In this document: one piece after another, positions 27,601 through 39,600 of the stretch | Numbering within the stretch: position 1 is the stretch's first letter | How the letters are laid out: every line of letters begins with the position of its first letter | NCBI RefSeq assembly: GCF_036588685.1 | Contig: NC_086379.1 | Coordinates: forward strand, 80,972,001-81,036,000 | Reading direction: 5' to 3' | DNA from: Mytilus trossulus | Taxonomy: Eukaryota | Length of the DNA stretch: 64,000 nucleotides | The notes under the pieces: generated by a model | Databases searched by the model: none | Seen by the model: only the letters and a program-made list of their open reading frames with translations | What the model was told of the DNA's origin: nothing | Translations under genes and position numbers: made by a program

Positions 27601-30600
27601 CTACAGGATATGGTGGTCCTAATTGTCAGTATATAGGTATGTATATCTTCATAGTGTTATGATTGGTGATTCTTACACATGTACCTGTCCTGCAGGATTT
27701 GGTGGTCCTAACTGTCAGTATATAGGTATGTATATCTACATAGTGTTATGATTGGTGATTCTTACACATGTACCTGTCCTGCAGGATTTGGTGGTCCTAA
27801 CTGTCAGTATATAGGTATGTATATTAACATAGTGTTATGATTGGTGATTCTTACACATGTACCTGTCCTACAGGATTTGGTGGTCCTAATTGTCAGTATA
27901 TAGGTATGTATATCTACATAGTGTTATGATTGGTGATTCTTACACATGTACCTGTCCTGCAGGATTTGGTGGTCCTAACTGTCAGTATATAGGTATGTAT
28001 ATTAACATAGTGTTATGATTGGTGATTCTTACACATGTACCTGTCCTACAGGATTTGGTGGTCCTAATTGTCAGTATATAGGTATGTATATCTACATAGT
28101 GTTATGATTGGTGATTCTTACACATGTACCTGTCCTGCAGGATTTGGTGGTCCTAACTGTCAGTATATAGGTATGTATATCTACATAGTGTTATGATTGG
28201 TGATTCTTACACATGTACCTGTCCTGCAGGATTTGGTGGTCCTAACTGTCAGTATATAGGTATGTATATTAACATAGTGTTATGATTGGTGATTCTTACA
28301 CATGTACCTGTCCTACAGGATATGGTGGTCCTAATTGTCAGTATATAGGTATGTATATCTTCATAGTGTTATGATTGGTGATTCTTACACATGTACCTGT
28401 CCTACAGGATATGGTGGTCCTAATTGTCAGTATATAGGTATGTATATCTTCATAGTGTTATGATTGGTGATTCTTACACATGTACCTGTCCTGCAGGATT
28501 TGGTGGTCCTAACTGTCAGTATATAGGTATGTATATGTACATAGTGTTATGATTGGTGATTCTTACACATGTACCTGTCCTACAGGATATGGTGGTCCTA
28601 ACTGTCAGTATATAGGTATGTATATGTACAGAGAATTATGATTGGTGATTCTTACACATGTACCTGTCCTGCAGGATTTGGTGGTCCTAACTGTCAGTAT
28701 ATAGGTATGTATATCTACATAGTGTTATGATTGGTGATTCTTACACATGTACCTGTCCTGCAGGATTTGGTGGTCCTAACTGTCAGTATATAGGTATGTA
28801 TATTAACATAGTGTTATGATTGGTGATTCTTACACATGTACCTGTCCTGCAGGATTTGGTGGTCCTAACTGTCAGTATATAGGTATGTATATTAACATAG
28901 TGTTATGATTGGTGATTCTTACACATGTACCTGTCCTACAGGATTTGGTGGTCCTAATTGTCAGTATATAGGTATGTATATCTACATAGTGTTATGATTG
29001 GTGATTCTTACACATGTACCTGTCCTACAGGATATGGTGGTCCTAATTGTCAGTATATAGGTATGTATATCTTCATAGTGTTATGATTGGTGATTCTTAC
29101 ACATGTACCTGTCCTGCAGGATTTGGTGGTCCTAACTGTCAGTATATAGGTATGTATATGTACAGAGAATTATGATTGGTGATTCTTACACATGTACCTG
29201 TCCTGCAGGATTTGGTGGTCCTAACTGTCAGTATATAGGTATGTATATCTTCATAGTGTTATGATAGGTGATTCTTACACATGTACCTGTCCTGCAGGAT
29301 ATGGTGGTCCTTACTGTCAGTATATAGGTATGTATATCTACATAGTGTTATGATTGGTGATTCTTACACATGTACCTGTCCTGCAGGATTTGGTGGTCCT
29401 AACTGTCAGTATATAGGTATGTATATGTACAGAGAATTATGATTGGTGATTCTTAACAGTAATGACCCTATAGTATTTTGTTGATACTGACTTTCAGAGT
29501 ACAGGTGTGTATCTACACAAAGCTTTGTGACAAGATATTCTTAACGGTATTACTTTCATTAAGTATTTGTTAAAAAGGGGGGGGGAGAAAAAAAGTATTT
29601 GGTAAAACTTACTGTCATTATATAGGAGTTTATCTTCACAGAGCTCTGTGACAAGATAGTCTTTCTTACCTGTGTGACTATCCTTTAGAATGTAGTGATA
29701 CGGACTGCCAATACCTATTAGAGCTTTGTGACATGATATTTTTAACTGTTTGGGTGGATTTGTTAAAATTGGAATGATAAATGTTATAAATCATTTTCCA
29801 TTCATTGTTATTGTTATTGATATGAGAAGACTTTTCATTTTGTTTTAGATGCTGAAGGATATTGCTCCTTTCAGATGTCTGATCCAGATTGTTTCCTCAT
29901 ACAAGATGTTACAGATAATTTTGATTGGTCAAGAGATAGTGTAAGTTAACTTGTTTACTTAATGCCATCTTTTTGCCCCACCTACGAAAAAAGTACACAT
30001 GTGCCCTATGATATGATCTTTCTAATTTTAATGCAAAAATAGTGTTTTTACCCCAAGTTCAAGGCTCACTGAACATAGAAAATGATAGTGCAAATTGGTC
30101 AAGGTAGTTTTTGATGAAGTTGAAGTCCAATCAACTTGAAACTTAGTATACATGTTCCCTGTGATATGATCTTTCTAATTTGAATGCCAAATTAGAGTTT
30201 TTACCCCAATTTCACGGTCCACTAAACACAGAAAATGATAGTGCAAGTGGGGCATCCGTGTACTATGGACACATTCTTGTTTTGATAAATCATTTCATAG
30301 AAATTGATCCAATATCCACCCATTTAGGTGCAAATCATATCTCTGGCCTTACATTGATACTGTGCTATGTACGCAATGTTTCAGGTTATTTCGGAAATGT
30401 TTTTATTCCAGGGAAACCTTCATCAGAGACCACCCCTATTGTTTTTGTTTTGATTTGTTTTGATTTTTTGATTTTTGATTTTTAGTTTATTTCTTTTTTA
30501 TTTCTTTTTTATTACTATTTTACTTTAATTTTTTTTAATTCTAAATATTTTAAACATTTTCTGAATTGTGTTTCTGTTTCTTTTGAACCCTATTGATAGG

Positions 30601-33600
30601 TTTTTATGGAACTTAGCACCTATTGTAGAATCCGTTTTGATAAGATGCCAGTATTTCCTGAATACTTTTTGAAGTTTTTCTGCTTGAGGATGATAATTTG
30701 TAATGAATGATACATTGTATTTATTTTCAACTTTGTTCTTTTTCTTTAATTTAATTTGTCTGTCTTGGAATTTGATTTTTGATAGAATTTGTTCTACCAA
30801 TTTCCGTTTATATCCTCTTACTAACAGTTTTTCAATAAAGAGATTTTTTCTGGTTTGAAATTCACTTTCATTGTTGGTGTTTCTAAGTATACGAATGCCT
30901 TCGCCTTTAATAAAAGATTTAAAGTTTGAGATGGGATGGTTTGAGTTTTTGTGATATTGGAATTTTTCAGTTTTCTTTGTAAAACATTTCAGGTCTAAAA
31001 CACCAGTATTTTTGAAGCGTTCGCCCTTGAAGATTTCTAGGTCTAGAAATTTTATGGACTGTTTATTGCATTCGTAAGTGAACTTTAGCAGGTCATGTTG
31101 TTTATTTGCATTTTCAAACATAAAGTCAATTTCAGACTCTTTTGCTTTCACCATTAGAAGTCCATCATCTCTCATTCTTTTATGAAAAATTATTTTTTCA
31201 GAGATTGGAGAGTTTTTTAGGATTGAATTTATGTGATTGTAAATAGCAATGTCACATATTTCAGGGGAAGCTGTTGCTCCCATTGATGCTCCAATGATTT
31301 GTCGATATGAATTTCCATGAAAGGTAAATTCATTATTGGAAAGGATGAGTTTTGTTATTTCAATCAAAAAATTGTTGGTAGGTTTTGTTACAGAATATTC
31401 AATTGTGTCATGTTCATCAAGCGCTTTTTGTAATGCTTCTGTGATTTCTTCAAATCTGAGATTGGTATATATAGTGATGTTATATCATATGTAACAAGTA
31501 GTACATTATTATCAAATGTACAGTTTTCAATATTTCTGATTAAGTCACCTGTATCAGATATGTATGTTTTTTGTGTTTTCACTAAGGGAAGCAAGAAATA
31601 ATCTAAGTATCTCCCTAACCTTTCAAGTGGTCCATTACACTGTGATATTATTGGTCTACCAGGGACATTTATAGTTTTTATTTGATTGTTCTCGTTTTCA
31701 ATGTTTTGTAAAACTTCACGGTCTAGTTTGTGAATTTTAGGGAGGAAGTATGCAAAAGGTGTTTTTATATAATTTTGTTCATTTTTAATGTATTTGAAAG
31801 ATATTTCATCAATACAGTTTTCTTCTTTCATTTTGTAGATTATTTCATATACCTTTTTCTAAGTGTTTTTAAGATTTATATCTTGGATTTGTTCATAATG
31901 TATGTTATCATTCAATTGTTTTTCACCTTCTTCTAGGTAGTCAGAAAGATTTTGAATGACTGTTACATTGTTTTTATCTGCTTTATGAATGATTATATTT
32001 TCATCGTGTTTTAGATTTTTCAGACAATTCCTTTCTTGTAGTGAAAGGTTAAATTCAGTTTTAGGGACATATTTAGATAATTCCATTTTCGTATAGAAAA
32101 TATATTTTTCAATAGGGTTGTCGGCAAATGTCGGCACCGAAAATTTTGATTTCTCCTTGAAAGGATGAATTTTACTGTGTATATTTCGATTTTCAAGGAA
32201 AAAGTATGAGAGTCTCAAATTTCTTTCCGTTTTTTTAAAATCTTTCATTATTTGTTTTGTGGATGTTTTTGTTGTTGGAACAAAGTTTAGTCCTTTAGCA
32301 AGAACTAATGTTTCTGGATGTGATAATGTTTTAGAGGATAGGTTCAGCACAAATTGTTTTGCAATTTTAAGCTTGATTTCTTTTTTATGTAGTTTTATTT
32401 TATTTTTAACTGCTTTGAATTTTTCAATGTTTTTATACTTTTTCTTGTTTTTATTAAGTCTTCTATGTTTTCCCATGCTTTTATTTTTGCATTGGTAATA
32501 ATTTTATTTTGTAGTATTTCATATACATAAATATGATTCTGTATCACTATTCTCATTGGATGTTTTTAATTGTGTAATGACCACAACACAAGGGGTGTGT
32601 CCTTCTTCATTATTGTTTGGTCAGTATCTATAATTGCTATCTAGATCAATCGTGGATACGCAGTAGGCAATAAATAAACAAACCTAGGGATAAAATATTC
32701 CCAGGTTTATTGATTTACTGTCATTAATTTGCAATATATCAACAATCCAAGTAAAAGCAAAGGTAGAGTTTAGGTATTTCAGTAACCATTTGATAAAAGA
32801 CAAAAGTTTGATATAGATTCTATATGGTTTAAATAATTTCATAGAAATTGATCCAATATCCACCCATTTAGGTGCGAATCATATCTCTGGCCTAATTTTC
32901 ATAGAAATTGATCCAATATCCACCCATTTAGGTGCGAATCATATCTCTGGCCTATCCATATGGATTAAAACGAACAGTAATTACAAATTTCATAATTATT
33001 TCATGTGAGATAAATCTGTAATTATTACTAATTAAACCATATCGAATCTATATCAAACTTTTGTCTTTTATCAAATGGTTACTGAAATACATAAACTCTA
33101 CTTTTGCTTTTACTTGGATTGTTGATATATTGCAAATTAATGACAGTAAATCAATAAATAATATTTTATCCCTAGGTTTGTTTATTTATTGCCTACTGCG
33201 TTTCATAGAAATTGATCCAATATCCACCCATTTAGGTGCGAATCATATCTCTGGCCTAATTTCATAGAAATTGATCCAATATCCACCCATTTAGGTGCGA
33301 ATCATATCTCTTGTTATTGATCTAAAGCATACTTGTAGAAATTCATAAACTCTTAATAAAGTAGATACAAAAACAGTATATGGAAAACTTATAAAACAAC
33401 ATTTCTTTTATTTCAAAATATTACTGACTTCAAAAGAATGAATTAAAAAACACAGCTTGCATTTATGAATACTTGAAATTTTTATCAACTTTAAACTTTG
33501 AACTTTAAAGATGCTTTTCCCGTTTGAATGGTTTTACACTAGTAATTTTGGAGCCCTTTATAGCTTGTTGTTTAGTGTGAGCCAAGGCTCTGTGTTGAAG

Positions 33601-36600
33601 GCCGTACTTTAACCTATAATGGTTTACTTTTTAAATTGTTATTTGGATGGAGAGTTGTCTCATTGGCACTCACACCACATCTTCCTATATCTATTTAAAC
33701 ATATCCTAGTGTTATCGGTTCTCTATAGTGTAACAAACTTTTGCTCTGTAGGGCCAGTTCTTCAAATAAATGTGGTTAAAGCTGATTGTGTTAATTTAGT
33801 AGATACTTTTATTCATTTCCTGTTATCCTCACAATTTTCTCTTGCGTTATTCAAGAAAAGTCAAAACATCTGTTGTGCTCAGTTTTGACATTGTGTGCAG
33901 TACGTCATCAGTTCTCGATAGTTGTGAAAAGTATAGTATGGTAAGTGAGTTTGATATGAATAGAAGATTTTGAATGACGCAAATTGAAGACAAGTATCAT
34001 TTGTCTCTAGAGAACATGTTTTTTATTATGAATTTTAGCTTTATCTATCAATTAAGGCATCTTTAACTGATATCCTAGGAATTATCACACAAGGACAAAA
34101 ATATGCATTTGATTGGTTAAATATTTCTCAGTGTGTTTGAATTTGTTTGATAGCCTTTTGGTCATGACTGTTTGTCTCTAATATTTAATTAACTGTGCAT
34201 TTGTATTCAGATATCGCAGATCAAATTTATTCGTTCTTTGTGTAATCATACGTTTTTTGATTGAGTTAAGTCTGCTAATTGATATTTTATCGTATGTTTT
34301 TATATGTTGTGATGTTATGCTATTGTTTCAGAAAAAGGGAGAAGGTTTGGGCCCATTAAAACGTTTAATCCCGCTGCAAATGTTTGCACCTGTCCTAAGT
34401 CAGGAATCTGATGTACAGTAGTTGTCGTTTGTTTATGTAATATATACGTGTTTCTCGTTTCTCGTTTTGTTTATATAGATTAGACCGTTGGTTTTCCCGT
34501 TTGAATGGTTTTACACTAGTAATTTTGGGGCCCTTTATAGCTTGTTGTTCGGTGTGAGCCAAGGCTCCGTGTTGAAGGCCGTACTTTAACCTATAATGGT
34601 TTAATTTTTAAATTGTTATTTGGATGGAGAGTTGTCTCATTGGCACTCACACCACATCTTCCTATATCTATTGAATATTAATTTTATATGAATTCAAATT
34701 ATTGAACAAATCCTAATATGTTATAAGATGTTGTCACTACTGTTATTAATATTTTTCTGTCACAGTAACAATATTTAAGGGCATTACTTTTCTGATAATT
34801 GAATTGAATTAAATTTTATAGTTGATAAGATATGGCCCAAACTGTGTTCCATAGATTTTTTTTCCCATAGCGACGTCACACCACATCTTACAATTGTGTA
34901 TTACGTATGTGGACTTGACCTTCTTTTCGAGCTCAGTTTTTTTAACATTTAAAAACGTTCTATTTATGAAATGAGGGGATGCAGTATTTGGGAATAAGGG
35001 AAAAGAGGCTAAAATTTGAAAATATTAAATCGTCAAATAGAAAACATTTGCGAATTCGCAAACTTCTTTTATTTTACCCATGCGCATTGCTTGAGAACTG
35101 ATTACTACATGATACAATTTAGAATTTGCTGGTCTTCAATTGCTATGTGTAAATTGAAGCAACAAAGTTGTTTATTTAAATTAAAGCTAAAAATGTTCAA
35201 CTCACCTGGATTAATTTAATGTACATTTTTACATATTTACATTTCAGAGTACTAGAACTAAGAATACAGGTCCACTCTCCTTTTTAGCAGGGAAATATTA
35301 CTTTATTGAGGCCAGTAGTAAGCCAATTGGTTCTAAAGTTCGATTGATCAGTAATGTGCAATACTCCGGTAAGTTGTCTATCACTCAAATAAGGAACTTT
35401 TTGATAAAAAGTGTATAATTATCACTTATATTATGTTTGATAAAATTCTTTTACTCATAAAAAAATAAATTTGAAATATGTGAGTTATTTTCATATTTGT
35501 CCATCTGTCATCTGTTTTAAAACATTTTACAAATCTTCCTTTTCTAAACGGGACACCTTTCATCTGTTCTAAAATATTTGACAAACCTAGTTTTATGCTC
35601 CACTAACAATTCTATGGGGCTAAATATTTCCCAATATTTGCATCCCTCCATTTGTCCCATTTTAGGTTAAATTGTTGGTTTGATGTTGTTTACCATGAGA
35701 TTGTAATCTCATCAACCTGAAACCTGACTAGTGTGTTCATTATAATGTTAAATTTTAAGATATTTGCCTAATTAGAACACTGTACATAAAAATGTGGTAG
35801 TCAGAGCATGGTCTGGTGTTTATGTGGCCATCTGACATTTTCTGTTTATCTATTGTAGTTCCCACAGATATGGAAACGCATTTATCTTTATTTTCATATT
35901 ATACATATTTTTTTATTTTATTTTTTTAGATAAAGCAAGATGTTTAACTTTTAACTACAATATGTATGGAGACCAAACTGGGGAATTAAAAATCTCAACT
36001 TTGGATTCCGATAATACAGAAACAAAACTATGGTCAGTGTCTGGAAACCAAGGAAACCAGTGGACAGGTCAGATGGTCAGTGTACAGACACAACCTACAT
36101 CTAAGGTATGCACTTGTTTTCAGAACCAAAGAGGAGAGGAAAAATGTTGTTGAAACTGCCTGTGCTGTTTGGTATAAGCACATATCAAGAAGCAAATTTG
36201 CCTCTAAATTATATGTGAATAAGTCAGTCATGTTATATTGTTTATCTTTGCAACTCAAATTCCTTATTTTACAGACATGAAATTTTGTGAATATTATAAA
36301 AGCTAAATGAAACAGATACCACACTCCTTTCCAATTATGAATTTTAAAAATTAAAATGAAAAGCTTTATGAATTTGATTTAGGGAAAATAATATCAGTTG
36401 AAGTACTGAAAAGTTGGGGTATGTGGATCCACATGTAATGAATCTCATGACAACTGAAGGTGTATGTTATTGGACATATCTTGGTTCTTGCTTCTTGTTT
36501 CATTTTGTCTAATATTTAAAAACATCAATAAATGAATTTCTGATTAGAACAATGGAAATGTATGATTTCAGATTGTTTTTGAGGCCTCAGTAGGGGGTGA

Positions 36601-39600
36601 CAGAGGAGATATAGCCATTGATGAAGTCAGACTTCTAACTACAGACTGTAGTAAGTACTGAGTATTTAAAATACAAATTATTTTAAAATCAAGAAGTATA
36701 ATGACATCATTAAAAGATATTGTGAAATAATGGATCCATGAAGAAGAATTTGATTAAAAAAGAAAACAGAACTCATTGTAATTGGAAAATATTTTTCAGT
36801 CTGTGCATCCGTTCGTTTGGCTGTCAGTTTGTCAATTTGATCAATTGTTACTCAATTCATTTGTTCAATCCTTCATCTGTCTGTCCCACTTCAGGTTAAA
36901 GTTTTTGGTTAATATAGTTTTTAAAGAAGTCGAAGTCCAATCAACTTGAAACTTTTTTCCTATGATATTATCTTTTCAATTTTAATGCCAAATTAGAGTT
37001 TTGACCCCAACTTGTCCACTGAACTGAACTGAGTGGGGCTTCCATTTACCATTCATGGACACATTCTTGCTTTCTTTATCATTTCAATTACATTTAATGA
37101 ATTCAATTATGGGAGACCACATATTGAAGATTTTTATTACAATTTGCAAAATAGACTGCTGGGTTGGTTTGACATTTCCTAGGAACTTTCTCCTGGAATT
37201 TATGTTTGGTAATACTTATATAATGATATTCTAAATATGTTGTTAAAACATTTGTTATTTCAGGTCCATGCTCACCTATAAACCCTTGTAGAAATGGAGG
37301 CTTCTGTTCTGTGTCAGGAGATACTTATACATGTACATGTCAGTCAGGGTATGATGGTCCTGAATGTCAATATATAGGTAAGTTCAAAGCTGGATACATT
37401 TTCAATATATCAAATTTCAGGGAGGAAATAGTAGCATTTTACAAATAAGTTTGTATTTAAAAAAAGGTTTTTCAGTTTGTTAAGATCTACTGATATTGTC
37501 TATTAAAATACTGTCGGTACATATCAGTTTGATGAAGGCTGGCATACTATGTCATGGTCCTGTAACTTTAAATTAATTAGCAATTTTGCTGTTCATACAA
37601 TTATCTTTTTTCTGAATTTTCTGCAGACAGACAAGACATATATCTGTGTCAACAGTTGATATTATGAAGGTTTTGTTAACTTTATTTGTTTCAAGGACTA
37701 TTGCATATTTTGATGTCCCCATTTTATATATCTTCAAACTTGCATTAAAATTAAAGCATTTATTCTAAAGAAACTTGTACTAAATGATATTTTTTAAAGA
37801 AATACATGTTATATTTTAGATTCCCAGAGATCTTGTTCCTTCGAGAAGACAGACCCCTCATGTTTCTTGGTACAAGATCAAATCAGTGACAATTTTGATT
37901 GGAGTAGAAGTAGGGTATGTGTAGGGCATTTACCAATACTCATTATATTTTAGAAATATTTTATGATGATGAAGAGTTATTCTGTATACAATTATTTAGG
38001 AGTAAAAGCTATGGCAAATACTTCTGAACATTTTTATTAAATTGATCTAAAGGGAAATGATATCAAAATGATTTTTTTAAGGAGAATTAAATATCATGGA
38101 ATCAGGTTTTAAAAGCTTAAAGATCTTAATTTTATGCCACCCAAAAAAAGATGTTTTGATCAATGTTACTCTGATTTTAAATGCAAGCATTGCTTCATTT
38201 GATCTTATCTTTTACTGATGCTGGTGCCACAAAAAAAGATTTAAATTACATTTAATGATATATTGAAAAAGGTATGTCAGGCCATAAAAAAGAATAGGTT
38301 TGTTTGCCCAAACGCTACCTACCTAGAAAAAAGCTGCCTACTCAAATTCTTTTATTGTCCTGATATGAAGAAGTTTTTTTTTAATCAGATATGCATGAAG
38401 ACTAATAAACACCCGATACTTCAATTTCTCTATTTGAAAAGAAAAAAAGTAAATGCCTACCAACCTACCCACTGTCTCAACCTTTGGGTAGGGTTTGGGC
38501 AAACCAAAATATTTTCAATTGTAGCCTCATTTGTCCTATTCCTATTTTGTGTTTTTACTTTTTTGTGTATTTGACAGAGAACACCCACTACAGCCACTGG
38601 TCCAACAAAAGCAGCAGATGGAATCACATTTTACTTCATAGAAGCATCTAAGCCATCTATAAATACCAAAGCCAGACTCATCAGTGATGTCAAGTTCTCA
38701 AGTAAGATGGGAATATTTTAGGAGTACTGTTTAATGAGTAAAAATTACAATCTGTAATGAATTTTATTTCTCTATTAGGTTCACATAAACTTAAATCAAA
38801 CTTACTTGAAATGATCCGAGGAACATGTTTGTGTTTATGACTATGGAGGCATATGATATATTTAAAAATGAAGGCTAACTATAAGGTTTAACTTTAAAGC
38901 AAAATATATTGATTGAGAAATGGATTGACCAATGAATTTTCAGAACTTATTTTGTTGAGTGTTTGAAGGCACTTCAGATATGAAGGACAGTAGTTCTCTG
39001 TAGAAATCATTCTTGAAAACTTGATGAGAATGGCTTATTTATCAAGGATAATAGGCTACATGTTATAATCCACAATGATTTTGTGCACAGAGGGGGGGGG
39101 GGGGGGGGGGGGGGAGAAAATATTATTATTGGCACAGAACTATCAAAATATTTTCTACCTTACAGCTGATTATGTCCCGTCTTTTTCACACTAAATCTAT
39201 CCTTGGTCAATGCATATGTTAATTTACAGAGATTTCAAGTTATATAGAGCGAACACATTTCTTAGTACTGAGGTGTAGATACATATTATTATTTTTTACT
39301 ATTCCAGATAAAACCAGATGTTTTACTATGTCATATCACATGTATGGAGAGCAGATTGGGACATTAAGAGTTCTTACCATGGACTCTGATAACACTGAAA
39401 CAGAACTATGGTCTGTGTCAGGGAATCAAGGAAATCAATGGATAGGCCAGATGTTCAGTGTTCAAACTTTGCCTGACTCTAAGGTTTGTAACGGCCTCAC
39501 TTTCATTTATTTGGTTTATCATTATTTGATAATGCTTTGTACTATCTAAAAGATAATATAAAAAAGAAGATGTGGTATGATTGCCAATGAGACAACTATC

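Larger units (their letters stand above)
30293..33311 (-). mobile_element. Penelope-like retroelement (RT only, no GIY-YIG endonuclease), frameshifted, intronic and antisense to the host gene
   Basis: Minus-strand ORF pieces 32476-31859, 31831-31388 and 31367-30525 carry PLE motifs; a hammerhead lies at the 3' end; the 5' end has tandem and inverted partial copies. Confidence 0.9.

Noticed and set aside
39092-39114. 23-nt poly-G run (shorter runs near 20120 and 29576)
   Set aside because: Simple homopolymers of uncertain length; nothing supports a function.
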